DNA from: an uncultured bacterium
Lineage (GTDB): Bacteria; Planctomycetota; UBA1135; GCA-002686595
NCBI GenBank assembly: GCA_943787795.1
Contig: CALSNU010000006.1
Location: 384,001-448,000 of the forward strand
Length of the DNA: 64,000 nucleotides
Direction: 5' to 3'
A program made the position numbers and the translations under genes. Shown here in pieces: positions 9,474 to 19,681 of this stretch. Each line of letters begins with the position of its first letter. Positions within the stretch are counted from its first letter, which is position 1. The notes beneath the pieces were generated by a model. It ran no database searches and was not told the DNA's origin. It saw only the letters and a program-made list of their open reading frames with translations.

Positions 9474-11147
9474 ATGACCGAAGCCACCACTGCCGCCCCC
9501 GACGTCCTCGAGGGCGCGGCCATCGACTTCGAAGTCCAGCCCTCAGAGTACCGCCACTGGACGCTGGCGGTCGACGGGGACGTCGCAACGCTGAGCATGG
9601 CCGTGGAGCCCTTTGGCGGCCTCGGGGGGAAGGACTACGAGCTCAAGCTGAACAGCTATGACCTGCGGGTCGACATCGAGCTCGCCGACGCGATTCAGCG
9701 GCTGCGCTTCGAGCATCCCCAGGTGCGGGCCGTGGTGGTCACGGGCGCCCTCGACCGCGTCTTCTGCGCCGGAGCCAACATCGTGATGCTCCGCAGCAGC
9801 GCCCACGCCTTCAAGGTCAACTTCTGCAAGTTCACCAACGAGACCCGCCTCGGGATCGAGGACGCCTCGGAGAACTCCAACCTGAAGTTCCTCGCCGCGC
9901 TCAACGGGACGGCCTCCGGCGGCGGCTATGAGCTCGCGCTCGCCTGCGACCGGATCCTCCTTGTGGACGACCGCAACAGCGCCGTCTCCTTCCCCGAGGT
10001 GCCCCTGCTGGGCGTCCTGCCCGGCACCGGCGGCCTCACGCGGATCACGGACAAGCGCAAGATCCGTCGCGATCGCTGCGACGTCTTCTCCAGCGTGGCC
10101 GAGGGCATCAAGGGCAAGCGCGCCGTGGAGTGGGACCTCGTCGATCGCGTGGCGCCCCTCTCCAAGTGGGAAGAGACCGTCGCCGAGGAGGCCCGAGCCC
10201 TCGCCGACCAGTGTGAGGATCGCTCCGAGACGACCGGGGTCGTGCTGCCGAAGCTGGGCGCCGAGGTCGAGGGGCAGGACCGCAAGTACGAGTATGTGAG
10301 CCTGGAGATCCAGGAGGCCGACCGGACGGCGACCCTGACCATCCATGCGCCCGATGGCTGCCCCGCCACCGAGGCTGAGGCCTTCGCAGCCGGCGCGGAC
10401 TGGTGGCTCCTGCAGGCCTTCCGCGAGCTCGACGACGCCCTGCTCCACCTGCGCATGAACCTGCGCGACGTGGCCCTGGTCCTCATCCGAGCCACCGGGA
10501 GCGCGGAGACGGTGCGCGCGACCGACGAGCTCATCGCCGGCGCGGACCACTGGTTCGTGCGCGAGACCCGCCAGTTCGTGAAGCGCGTCCTCAAGCGCCT
10601 CGACGTCTCCGCCAAGAGCTTCTACGCCGTCGCCGACGGCGGCACGAACTTCACCGGGACCTTCCTCGAGATGGCGCTCGCCAGCGACCGGATCTACCTG
10701 CTGGACGACCCCGACACGGAGGTCCAGGTGGGCGTCACCGTGGCGAACGCCGGCATGTTCCCCATGTCCAACGGGATCTCGCGTCTCGAGACGCGCTTCC
10801 TGGGCGACCCGGAGCGTGTCCCCGCCGTGCTCGCCGAGATGCGGCAGCTCCAGGCGGAGGAGGCCAACGAGCTCGGCCTCGCCACGTTCGCCCCCGACGA
10901 AATCGACTGGGAAGACGAGCTGCGCCTCGCCATCGAGGAGCGCGCCAGCTTCTCCCCCGACGCCCTCACCGGCATGGAGGCGAACCTGCGCTTCGCCGGA
11001 CCGGAGACCATGGAGACCAAGATCTTCGGTCGCCTCACCGCCTGGCAGAACTGGATCTTCCAGCGCCCCAACGCGGTCGGCGAGCGCGGCGCCCTGAGCT
11101 GCTATGGGACGCCCATGAGGCCCGAGTTCAACGTCGAGCGCACCTGA
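9474..11147 (+). CDS. boxC: 2,3-epoxybenzoyl-CoA dihydrolase (benzoyl-CoA-dihydrodiol lyase) BoxC
   Basis: YELKLNSYDLRVDIELADA, KVNFCKFTNETR, PEVPLLGVLPGTGG, SPDALTGMEANLRF and ETKIFGRLTAWQNWIFQRPNAVG. Confidence 0.95.
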   Translation: MTEATTAAPDVLEGAAIDFEVQPSEYRHWTLAVDGDVATLSMAVEPFGGLGGKDYELKLNSYDLRVDIELADAIQRLRFEHPQVRAVVVTGALDRVFCAGANIVMLRSSAHAFKVNFCKFTNETRLGIEDASENSNLKFLAALNGTASGGGYELALACDRILLVDDRNSAVSFPEVPLLGVLPGTGGLTRITDKRKIRRDRCDVFSSVAEGIKGKRAVEWDLVDRVAPLSKWEETVAEEARALADQCEDRSETTGVVLPKLGAEVEGQDRKYEYVSLEIQEADRTATLTIHAPDGCPATEAEAFAAGADWWLLQAFRELDDALLHLRMNLRDVALVLIRATGSAETVRATDELIAGADHWFVRETRQFVKRVLKRLDVSAKSFYAVADGGTNFTGTFLEMALASDRIYLLDDPDTEVQVGVTVANAGMFPMSNGISRLETRFLGDPERVPAVLAEMRQLQAEEANELGLATFAPDEIDWEDELRLAIEERASFSPDALTGMEANLRFAGPETMETKIFGRLTAWQNWIFQRPNAVGERGALSCYGTPMRPEFNVERT

Positions 11148-11180
11148 TCCACCCAGCACACCTAACCAGTACACCCACCC

Positions 11181-11238
11181 CGCGCAGCACCAGCGCGACG
11201 CGCCCGAGGGGGCGCGTGAATCGCAGCGGTGCCGCGCG
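11181..11238 (+). other. Intercistronic imperfect hairpin between boxC and boxB
   Basis: Core acgcgccc-gagg-gggcgcgt with outer gcacc/ggtgc pairing. Confidence 0.4.
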
Positions 11239-11268
11239 CAGACACCTCAAACCAACACGGAGACCAAC

Positions 11269-12687
11269 ATGGCCGGAATTGACTACTCACAGAAGATCCC
11301 GAACAACGTGGATCTGAAGTCGGACAAGCGCCTTCAGCGGGCGCTCGAGCGCTGGCAGCCTGACTACCTCGACTGGTGGCGGGACATGGGCCCGACCGAC
11401 TTCAACGAGAACGACGTCTACCTGCGCACCGCCGTCAGCGTGGACCGCGACGGCTGGGCGAACTTCGACTACGTCAAGATGCCCGACTATCGCTGGGGCA
11501 TCTTCCTCACCCCGACGGAGGCCGGCGGCAAGATCGGCTTCGGCGACCACCAGGGCGAGGATGTCTGGGAGCAGGTCCCCGGCGAGTACCGCAACTGGCT
11601 GCGACGCCTCATCGTCACCCAGGCCGACACGGAGCCGGCGTCGGTCGAGCAGCAGCGCCTGCTGGGCCTCACCGCGCCCTCCATGTACGACCTCCGGAAC
11701 CTCTTCCAGGTCAACGTCGAGGAAGGCCGCCACCTGTGGGCGATGGTCTACCTCCTCCACAGCTACTTCGGGAAGGACGGACGCGAGGAGGCCTCGGAGC
11801 TCCTCGAGCGCCGCTCCGGCAACGCGGACCACCCGCGGATCCTCTCGACGTTCAACGAGCCCTGCCATGACTGGCTGAGCTTCTTCTGCTTCACGATGTT
11901 CACGGACCGTGACGGCAAGTTCCAGCTGCTCTCGCTCGCTGAGTCGGGCTTCGAGCCCCTGGCGCGCACGACCCAGTTCATGCTCACCGAGGAGGCCCAC
12001 CATATGTTCGTGGGCCAGACAGGCATCGCGCGGATCATCCGCCGGACCTGTGAGGTCCTCAAGGAGAACCCCGACGCGGACCTGCACGCCGAGGGCGTGA
12101 TTCCGCTCGAGACGATCCAGCGCTACATCAACTACTGGGCGGCTTCGTCCCTCGACCTGTTCGGCGCGGAGATCTCCAGCAACTCGGCGAACTTCTTCGG
12201 GGCCGGCATCAAGGGCCGCGCCTACGAGAAGAAGAACTACGACGAGCACAGCGCCCTCGACCAGGGCTACGCCCTGGATCGCCTCGTGGAAGGCGAGGTG
12301 AAGCCTGACGAGGTCCCCCTGCGTAACGCGATGAACGAGGTCCTGCGCGACGCGTACGTGAAGGACAACCTCAAGGGCATCGCGTACTGGAACAAGGAGA
12401 CCGCCAAGGCGGGCATCGACTTCCAGTTCACCTATCCGCACCGCCGGTTCAACCGGGCCGTCGGCGAGTGGTCCGGCGGGTGCTTCCACCTGCACACCGG
12501 CGACAAGATGTCGAAGGACGCGTACGAGGCGGCCTGCCAGGACTGGCTCCCGAGCCAGGGAGAGGCCGACTACGTGCGCAGCCTCATGAAGCCCTGCACC
12601 GAGCCCGGCAAGTTCGCCAACTGGATCGCCCCGCCCCTGCGCGGCATCAACAGCCAGGCCGTGGACTTCGAGTACGTGAAGCTCTGA
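11269..12687 (+). CDS. boxB: Benzoyl-CoA 2,3-epoxidase diiron subunit BoxB
   Basis: IPNNVDL, DTEPASVEQQ, FQVNVEEGRHLWAMVYLL, FTDRDGKFQL, MLTEEAHH and FEYVKL. Confidence 0.95.
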   Translation: MAGIDYSQKIPNNVDLKSDKRLQRALERWQPDYLDWWRDMGPTDFNENDVYLRTAVSVDRDGWANFDYVKMPDYRWGIFLTPTEAGGKIGFGDHQGEDVWEQVPGEYRNWLRRLIVTQADTEPASVEQQRLLGLTAPSMYDLRNLFQVNVEEGRHLWAMVYLLHSYFGKDGREEASELLERRSGNADHPRILSTFNEPCHDWLSFFCFTMFTDRDGKFQLLSLAESGFEPLARTTQFMLTEEAHHMFVGQTGIARIIRRTCEVLKENPDADLHAEGVIPLETIQRYINYWAASSLDLFGAEISSNSANFFGAGIKGRAYEKKNYDEHSALDQGYALDRLVEGEVKPDEVPLRNAMNEVLRDAYVKDNLKGIAYWNKETAKAGIDFQFTYPHRRFNRAVGEWSGGCFHLHTGDKMSKDAYEAACQDWLPSQGEADYVRSLMKPCTEPGKFANWIAPPLRGINSQAVDFEYVKL

Positions 12688-12704
12688 TTCGATACTCCTG
12701 AGCC

Positions 12705-12741
12705 CGCGCCCCGGTGGTCCCCTTGGGATCGCCGGGGCGCG
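12705..12741 (+). terminator. Terminator-like hairpin after boxB
   Basis: cgcgccccggtggtccc-ctt-gggatcgccggggcgcg (17-bp stem including G-U pairs); no clear U-tract. Confidence 0.55.
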
Positions 12742-13472
12742 TCCGTTCGTCACGGAGGGACTCCGCTTCGATGGCCTCCTGACGGCTCAAGATGGCGCCC
12801 CTGACCGCCGCAGAGCTCACCGCCGCCATCCGCCTTTGTGACGTTGGCACCGTCCGGTGACGCCCCCCTCCGAACACTGGCAGCCCTGCACCCTGGTTGC
12901 CCCCGGGGCCGAGCTGGCCGATGCGGAACGCGAGGCCCACCGCCACCTTCTCCAGAAGGGCCGTGATCCACCGAGGCGTGAAGAGATCTTGATTCGCTGA
13001 GGCTAGAGGCTCGCCACATGGCCTCCGCCACTTCCTCGGCCCGAGCGGCGTGGGTTCTGGACAGGGGAGGCTCGATTCCGAGCGGCTCCAGGGTCTCCAC
13101 CGGCGACAAGCCGCTGACTGGCCCGGCCACCCAGCGAGCGCCTGCTCCTCGGGCGCTCCTGCTCGGGACCCTGCACGAGCAGGGGATGCGCCGGCCCGTA
13201 CGCGAGCGCGTCTTCGCCGGCGGCCAGGCACAGAAACAGCTCTCCGCCTCGAGTCCGCTCGTCTCGTTCGTGGAAACCTGCAGGGCGCCCATCGCCGAGA
13301 CGCCCTCAGGCGCCCTCGCGTGCGGGATGTCGGTGGGCAGACTCCACCTGAACGACGCAGGCTATAAAGAGGGCGCTTCCTGGACCCCGGAAGCCGATGA
13401 GGGGGCTGGGGACCTGCTCCGACCTTGACGCGTGTCTCCCTCTCCCGTCCCGTTGCTCCCCCAACCGATGGA

Positions 13473-13547
13473 ATCTTCACCGACGGGACCTTCACCGACC
13501 GACTCTTCGCCGACTGTTTGCCCCCCGACTGGTTCCCCGCCCACCGG
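13473..13547. repeat. Degenerate 15-bp tandem repeat (~5 copies)
   Basis: atcttcaccgacggg accttcaccgaccga ctcttcgccgactgt ttgccccccgactgg ttccccgcccaccgg. Confidence 0.6.
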
Positions 13548-13579
13548 CTCATCGCCCCCGCCTCACTAAGAACCGCGCC

Positions 13580-15115
13580 GTGCTTCGCAGCGTCTCCTCG
13601 AACTGGATCCTGAACGCCATTCAAATCGGTGTCTTCATGGTCTTGACGCCGTTCACCTTCGGCGCCCTGGGCACCGAGGCGTTCGGCATCTGGGAGGTCA
13701 TCGTCTCGACGGCCGCCCCCATACAGCTCCTGGCGCTCGGCCTCCCCATGGCCACGGTCCGCGCCGTCAGCAGCTCGATCAACAGAGATGACCCGGACGC
13801 AGCGGGGAGGGCCGCTGGGACAGCGTTCAGCATGACGCTGATCCTTGGGCTCGTGGCCGCTGCCATCAGCGCGGCGCTCTACGGCGGATTTTCGGCGCTC
13901 CTGCTCACCCGCGACGGTTGGAGCGGACTCTCCGAGGCCACCATCAGGGACGCCCGCCTCGCCATTCTCATCATCCTCGGCAATGCGTCGGCGGGGTTCG
14001 CCCTCTCCCTGCCGTACGCGCTGTTCGACGCGCACCAGGACTTTGTTGCCCGCAACCTGATCAAGGCCGCCGGGCTCTTTGTGAAGCTCGGCGTGACCGT
14101 GCTCGCGCTCACCTGGCGCGCTGATCTCGCGATCCTCGCCGCCGTCCAGATTGGCGTTGCGCTCCTCGAATTCATCATCGCCATGGTGGTTTCGAACCGC
14201 CGCCACCCAAAGGTGCCTGTGAGGCCGCGGGCGATCCGCTGGCGAGAGGCCAAGGGCCTGCTGTCGTTCAGCGTGTTCGCGTTCCTGATGAATATGGGGG
14301 CCACGCTCGCCTTCCAGGTCGACGCCCTCGTGATCGGCCTGAACGCGGAGCCCGCGGCGGCCGCGGTCTACGGGATCGGCAACAAGATCTTTGATCCGTT
14401 CATCAACATCCTGCTCGCCATCGGGATGGTCCTCATGCCCTTGGCGGCCACCGCGAAGAGCCAGGGCGACACCGCGGGTGTACGGCAGGCCTTCCTCAAG
14501 TGGTCAAAGATCGCGGCTACGCTCGTGCTCATGATCGGCGGCTTTCTGATGGTCCTGGGGCCGGCCTTCCTGTCTGCCTGGATCGGCGAGGGCTACGACG
14601 AGGAATCGGGGCGGCTGATGCAGATCCTGATGCTGTCCTTCTTCTTCTTCCTGCCCATTCGAGGCGTGGCGCTGCCCGCGCTCATGGGCCTTGGAAAGGC
14701 GCGCGCTCCGGGATTCGGCCTGCTCGCCATGGGCCTCGGAAACCTCGTGCTGAGTGTCATTCTGGTCGGGCCCTACGGACTGACCGGTGTAGCTCTCGGG
14801 ACCGCGATCCCCAATGTTCTCTTCGCGGCCGTCCTCGCCAAGATCGCCTGCCGGTCGATGGGCATCTCGACTCGTCACTGGCTCGGCTATACCTTCGGCA
14901 AGCCCGTGGTCGCCTCAATGGTTGCCATCGGAGCCCTCTACGTCGCCGCGTCCGTCATCTCGATCAGCACTTTCCCCGAGCTGATCATGACGGGCGCCCT
15001 CTACACCGGACTCTTCATCACCCTCGCGCTGACTTATGCTTTCGCAGGTGACCCGCACCTGGACACCTCACCCGTCATGAGCCGCATCCCCTTTCTGTCG
15101 AAGCGACTCCGATGA
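13580..15115 (+). CDS. Oligosaccharide flippase (Wzx/MOP family); start uncertain
   Basis: Many hydrophobic helices; LGTEAFGIW, QVDALVIG, AAVYGIG and YGLTGVALGT. Confidence 0.8.
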   Translation: MLRSVSSNWILNAIQIGVFMVLTPFTFGALGTEAFGIWEVIVSTAAPIQLLALGLPMATVRAVSSSINRDDPDAAGRAAGTAFSMTLILGLVAAAISAALYGGFSALLLTRDGWSGLSEATIRDARLAILIILGNASAGFALSLPYALFDAHQDFVARNLIKAAGLFVKLGVTVLALTWRADLAILAAVQIGVALLEFIIAMVVSNRRHPKVPVRPRAIRWREAKGLLSFSVFAFLMNMGATLAFQVDALVIGLNAEPAAAAVYGIGNKIFDPFINILLAIGMVLMPLAATAKSQGDTAGVRQAFLKWSKIAATLVLMIGGFLMVLGPAFLSAWIGEGYDEESGRLMQILMLSFFFFLPIRGVALPALMGLGKARAPGFGLLAMGLGNLVLSVILVGPYGLTGVALGTAIPNVLFAAVLAKIACRSMGISTRHWLGYTFGKPVVASMVAIGALYVAASVISISTFPELIMTGALYTGLFITLALTYAFAGDPHLDTSPVMSRIPFLSKRLR

Positions 15116-16284
15116 TCCTTCTCATCTCCCTGCTCGCCGGGGCCTTGATCGCCGGGCTCGCCGCCGCCGAACTCTTCGCTCGCGGGCAGTTGAGACGACG
15201 GGATCATTGGTACGTTCATGCCCCGGGTTCGAGGACGGAAAACGGCGTCCACGCCGGCGCCTTCCCGCGGCTCCCCCCAAAGGTCAGGATCCACGCGAAC
15301 CTCGAAGGTGAGCGGGGCGGCGAACTCCCCGCCCCGCCCGACCAGCTCTTTCGCGTCCTCGTGGCCGGAGGGAGCGCAGCAGAGTGCTACATGCTCGACC
15401 AGGCCCACAGCTGGCCGATGGTGACCGAACACATCCTCAACGGGACGGGGGGCCGGCAGCGCCTGGCGCATGTGGGGAACATGGCCGCGTCGCTGATGCC
15501 ATGCCGGAGCATCACGCGCCTGATGGAGAGGGTGCTCCCTCGGCTCCGCTCCGTCGATGTCGTCGTGCTCATGGTCGGAGCCAGCGACCTGGTCGACTGG
15601 CTCGAGAGGAAGACGCCCCCTGTAATCAAAGAGCGCGCCACGGACCTGGAGCTCTTCTGCGCGGAACACCCCGCAGGCGGATTCACGTGGAGGCCATCAG
15701 GCACGGCCCTCTACCGGGTCTGCCGCCGCCTGAAGAACCGTGTCGTTCGACCCGTAGACCGCAACACAGACGTCGGCGCGTCACGGCTGAGGCATCGGGA
15801 GATGAGGGCGCGGTGCGAGCACATCATCACCGAGGTTCCCGACCCCGCCCCCCTGCTGGAGAGCTTCCGCGCTCACCTGACCGCCTTGATCCACACCTGC
15901 GAGGCGCACGCCGGGACAGTCTTGCTCGCTCGCCAGCCCTGGCTGGACAAGGATCTTTCGCCCGAGGAGGAGCTGCAGCTCTGGAACTTTGGGCAGGGGA
16001 GTCCGTTCAGGGTCAAGCCCGAGGCGTATTACGCCATTGAGGTGGTGAGAAAGCTCATGGACGATCTCGACCGCGTCGCGCTTGAGGTGGCCAACGCCGA
16101 GGGCGTGGTCCAGCTCGACCTGCGGGCAGAAGTTCCCTCCGATCTCGACCACTACTACGACTACCTGCACCACACCCCCCTCGGGGCACAATGCGTCGGC
16201 GCAGCGGTGGCCGCCAAGCTCACCGAGCTGGAAACAGCTCAGCCGAACTTGATGCCCTGCGCGAGCGGCAGATCGTCGGAGTAG
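15112..16284 (+). CDS. SGNH/GDSL-like hydrolase, membrane-anchored
   Basis: N-terminal TM segment; block I-like VAGGSAAE; MVGASD; DYLHH (DxxH); ATGA overlap with the flippase. Confidence 0.7.
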   Translation: MILLISLLAGALIAGLAAAELFARGQLRRRDHWYVHAPGSRTENGVHAGAFPRLPPKVRIHANLEGERGGELPAPPDQLFRVLVAGGSAAECYMLDQAHSWPMVTEHILNGTGGRQRLAHVGNMAASLMPCRSITRLMERVLPRLRSVDVVVLMVGASDLVDWLERKTPPVIKERATDLELFCAEHPAGGFTWRPSGTALYRVCRRLKNRVVRPVDRNTDVGASRLRHREMRARCEHIITEVPDPAPLLESFRAHLTALIHTCEAHAGTVLLARQPWLDKDLSPEEELQLWNFGQGSPFRVKPEAYYAIEVVRKLMDDLDRVALEVANAEGVVQLDLRAEVPSDLDHYYDYLHHTPLGAQCVGAAVAAKLTELETAQPNLMPCASGRSSE

Positions 16285-17780
16285 TTGACGGTGTTGGTCT
16301 GGCGCCGCATGTAGGCCTTCCAGGCATCGCTGCCAGACTCGCGCCCGCCGCCGGTGTCCTTCTCGCCTCCGAAGGCCCCGCCGATCTCAGCCCCCGAAGT
16401 GCCGATGTTCACGTTGGCGATCCCGCAGTCGGACCCGGCAGCGGAGAGGAAGCGCTCGGCCGCCTTCACGTCCGCGGTGAAGATCGCGCTGGAGAGCCCC
16501 TGGGGCACGCCGTTGTGGAGCGCGATAGCATCGTCCAGATCCTTGATCGGGATCAGGTAGAGGATCGGCGCGAAGGTCTCGTCCTGGACGGTCTGGTAGT
16601 CGTTCCGGGCCGTCATGAGCGCTGGCACCACGTAGTGGCCGCCGGCGAGCGCGCCCTCCATCGGGGCGCGGCCGCCGCCGCGCAGCAGGGTGCCGCCCTC
16701 CGCCTGGCAGGACGCCACGGCGGCCTCCATGTTCTGAACGGCCTGCTCGTCAATGAGCGGGCCGCAGAGGGTGCCCTCGTCCATCGGATCTCCGATGACG
16801 ACGTCGTCGTAGGCGCGGACCAGGCGCTCGGTGACCTCCTCCATGAGGCTCTCGTGGACCAGGAGGCGACGGGTCGACGTGCAGCGCTGTCCCGCGGTGC
16901 CGACTGCGCCGAAGAGCGTCGCGGGCAGCACCATCTCCAGGTCGGCGTCGTCCATGACCACGAGGCCGTTGTTGCCCCCGCACTCGAGGATCAGCCGGCC
17001 CATGCGTCCCGCGACTCGCCCGGCGACCAGCTTGCCGATGGCGGTCGATCCCGTGAAGGAGACCATCGGAAGGCGGGCGTCGTCCATCATCGCCTGCGCC
17101 ACATCCTCGTTCCCGCCGATCGCGAGACCGCAGAGCGCGCCGAAGCCCTCCTCCTCGAGGATGGGGCGGATCACGTTCGTGAGCCCGATCGCGGTGAGCG
17201 GCGTCTTGGGGCTCGGCTTCCACACACACGCATCCCCGCACGTGAACGCCAACATGGAGTTCCAGGCCCACACCGCCATGGGGAAGTTGAAGGCGGTCAG
17301 GACGCCGACCGTTCCCAGCGGGTGCCACTGCTCGCGCATGGTGTGACCAGGGCGCTCGGACGGCATGGTGAGCCCGTACAGCTGGCGCGAGAGGCCCACG
17401 GCGAAGTCCGCGATGTCGATGCACTCCTGCACCTCGCCCCAGCCCTCCTGGACGATCTTGCCCATCTCGAGGGTGATCAGGCGACCGAGGGCGTCCTTGT
17501 GCTCGCGCATGGCGTTCCCCATGCGACGGACGATCTCGCCGCGACGCGGACCAGGAACGGTCCGCCAGCGCTTGAAGGCCTCCTCTGCCGCGGTGACCAC
17601 GCGCTCGTACTCCGCGCCCGTGGCCATCTGGACCCGCCCGATCACCTCCCCGGTGCCCGGCGAGCGCGACTCGAGGATCTCCCCGGTGCACTCCAGCCAC
17701 TCGCCCGCGTAGGCGCCCTGGTTCATCTCTTGGATGCCCAGGGAGGTCAGGAAGCTGGTGTCAGTGCTGGCGTTGGACAT
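16239..17780 (-). CDS. Aldehyde dehydrogenase, ALDH7/L-piperideine-6-carboxylate dehydrogenase type
   Basis: GEVQECIDI, AFNFP, SFTGST, LECGGNN, GTAGQRCTS and GAEIGGAFGGEKDTGGGRESGSDAWKAY. Confidence 0.9.
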   Translation of the reverse strand: MSNASTDTSFLTSLGIQEMNQGAYAGEWLECTGEILESRSPGTGEVIGRVQMATGAEYERVVTAAEEAFKRWRTVPGPRRGEIVRRMGNAMREHKDALGRLITLEMGKIVQEGWGEVQECIDIADFAVGLSRQLYGLTMPSERPGHTMREQWHPLGTVGVLTAFNFPMAVWAWNSMLAFTCGDACVWKPSPKTPLTAIGLTNVIRPILEEEGFGALCGLAIGGNEDVAQAMMDDARLPMVSFTGSTAIGKLVAGRVAGRMGRLILECGGNNGLVVMDDADLEMVLPATLFGAVGTAGQRCTSTRRLLVHESLMEEVTERLVRAYDDVVIGDPMDEGTLCGPLIDEQAVQNMEAAVASCQAEGGTLLRGGGRAPMEGALAGGHYVVPALMTARNDYQTVQDETFAPILYLIPIKDLDDAIALHNGVPQGLSSAIFTADVKAAERFLSAAGSDCGIANVNIGTSGAEIGGAFGGEKDTGGGRESGSDAWKAYMRRQTNTVNYSDDLPLAQGIKFG

Positions 17781-17992
17781 GGCGGATCGAGGGCGGCTCG
17801 AGGGCAAAGGGAGGTCGGATCGGCGGCGAGCGGGCATGGGGACCGACGTGGGTCCAGCGGCGCCGCGCGGAGTTGAGGCGGGAGAGGATAACGCCCGCGT
17901 CCGGAAAGGACCCCTCAACGCCTCACGATCCGCGCGCCTCGCCGCTATTCTATTCGGCCTCAGAGCCCCCCAGGAGGGGCCAGGAGACAGCC

Positions 17993-19681
17993 ATGAGCGA
18001 AGCCAAGATCATCTACCAACTCCAGGATCTCAAGAAGTTCTACGACCAGAGGGAGGTGCTCTCGGGCATCACCATCTCGTTCCTGGAGGGCGCCAACATC
18101 GGCCTCATCGGCCCCAACGGCGCCGGCAAGAGCACCCTGCTCCGGATCCTCGCGGGTGAGGACACGGACATCGAGGGCATGGCCCGGCCGATCCAGGGGC
18201 TGACCATCGGCTACCTCCAGCAGGAGCCGCCCCTAAACGAGGAGAAGACCGTCGGTGAGAACATCGACGAGGCGGTCTCGGGGCTACGCGCGATCGAGGC
18301 TCGCTACTACGAGGTCATGACGATCATGGGCGACGCCGAGGGCGAGGAGGCCGAGAAGCTCTCCCTCGAGTACGACCGCCTGCAGACGGACATGGACACC
18401 AAGGGCATCTGGGATCTAGATAGCCGCCTCGAGCAGGCCGCTCATGCCCTCCAGGTCCCCCCCATGGAGTCCGGCGTCACCCAGCTCTCGGGCGGAGAGC
18501 GCCGGCGCGTCGCCCTCTGCAAGCTGCTCCTCGAGCACCCCGACCTGCTGCTCCTCGACGAGCCCACCAACCACCTGGACTCGGAGTCCATCGGCTGGCT
18601 GGAGACGCACCTGCAGGAGTACGAGGGCACGGTCATCCTCATCACCCACGACCGGTACTTCCTGGACAACGTCGTGGGTTGGATGCTGGAGGTCGAGCGC
18701 GGCCTGGCGCGTCCGTACAAGGGCAACTACAGCGCCTACCTCGAGCAGAAGTCCAAGCTCCTCGACGTCAAGCGCAAGAACGATGCCTCACGGGCCAAGG
18801 TCCTCGAGCGCGAGAAGGAGTGGCTCTCCCGCACGCCGGCTGCGCGGACCAAGCAGTCCAAGTCCCGCCTCAAGCGCTATCAAGACCTGGCCACCGAGGC
18901 TCGCGCCGACGAGATGGCACAGAACGTGGAGCTGCGGATCCCGCCCGGCCCCCGGCTCGGAGACAAGGTCCTCGACGTCAAGAGCCTGGAGAAGGGCTAC
19001 GGCGGCCGGACCCTGTTCCGCGACCTGACGTTCTCCATCCCGCCCCAGGCCAAGCTCGGCGTGATCGGCGCGAACGGCATGGGTAAGTCGACCCTGATGA
19101 GGATCATCATCGGCGACGAGACCGCGGACGACGGGGTCATGGAGCTCGGCTCCACGGTCCAGCTGCGGTTCCTCGACCAGAGCCGCACGGTGCTCGATGA
19201 CGACGTCTCGGTCTTCGACAACATCACCGACGGCAACGAGCAGCTGCCCTTCGGCTCCACCGTGATCGACAGCCGAGCCTACGTGGCGCGCTTCAACTTC
19301 CGCGGCGAGGACCAGCAGCGCAAGGTCGGGGAGTGCTCCGGCGGGATGAGGAACCGGGTCATGCTCGCGAAGATGCTCCGCGAGCCGGCCAACCTCATCA
19401 TCATGGACGAGCCGACCAACGACCTCGACCTGGACACCCTCCGGGTCCTGGAGGAGGCCATCGAGCACTACCCCGGCTGCATGATCATCGTGACCCACGA
19501 CCGGTACTTCCTGAACCGCGTGGCCACCCACATCCTCGCCTTCGAGGGCCTCGACGACGAGGGAGTGGCCATCGTTCGCTTCCACCACGGGGACTACGAG
19601 TCCTACAAGGACTGGAAGAAGAACCGCGGCGAGGACATCGAGGAGCGCAAGGGCGCCCACCGGCGCTTCAACCGCACGTGA
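17993..19681 (+). CDS. ettA: Energy-dependent translational throttle protein (ABC-F ATPase)
   Basis: Two ABC domains (GPNGAGKST, LSGGERRRVALC, LDEPTNHLD; GANGMGKST, DEPTNDLD); IPPGPRLGDKV linker; no TM segments. Confidence 0.85.
   Translation: MSEAKIIYQLQDLKKFYDQREVLSGITISFLEGANIGLIGPNGAGKSTLLRILAGEDTDIEGMARPIQGLTIGYLQQEPPLNEEKTVGENIDEAVSGLRAIEARYYEVMTIMGDAEGEEAEKLSLEYDRLQTDMDTKGIWDLDSRLEQAAHALQVPPMESGVTQLSGGERRRVALCKLLLEHPDLLLLDEPTNHLDSESIGWLETHLQEYEGTVILITHDRYFLDNVVGWMLEVERGLARPYKGNYSAYLEQKSKLLDVKRKNDASRAKVLEREKEWLSRTPAARTKQSKSRLKRYQDLATEARADEMAQNVELRIPPGPRLGDKVLDVKSLEKGYGGRTLFRDLTFSIPPQAKLGVIGANGMGKSTLMRIIIGDETADDGVMELGSTVQLRFLDQSRTVLDDDVSVFDNITDGNEQLPFGSTVIDSRAYVARFNFRGEDQQRKVGECSGGMRNRVMLAKMLREPANLIIMDEPTNDLDLDTLRVLEEAIEHYPGCMIIVTHDRYFLNRVATHILAFEGLDDEGVAIVRFHHGDYESYKDWKKNRGEDIEERKGAHRRFNRT

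Noticed and set aside
12792..12860. Short ORF MAPLTAAELTAAIRLCDVGTVR-TGA as another selenoprotein
   Set aside because: The downstream frame is not protein-like, has no recognisable family and lacks a good SECIS
16239..17780. boxD assignment for the aldehyde dehydrogenase
   Set aside because: Motifs are ALDH7-type; the gene is on the opposite strand and separated from the box genes
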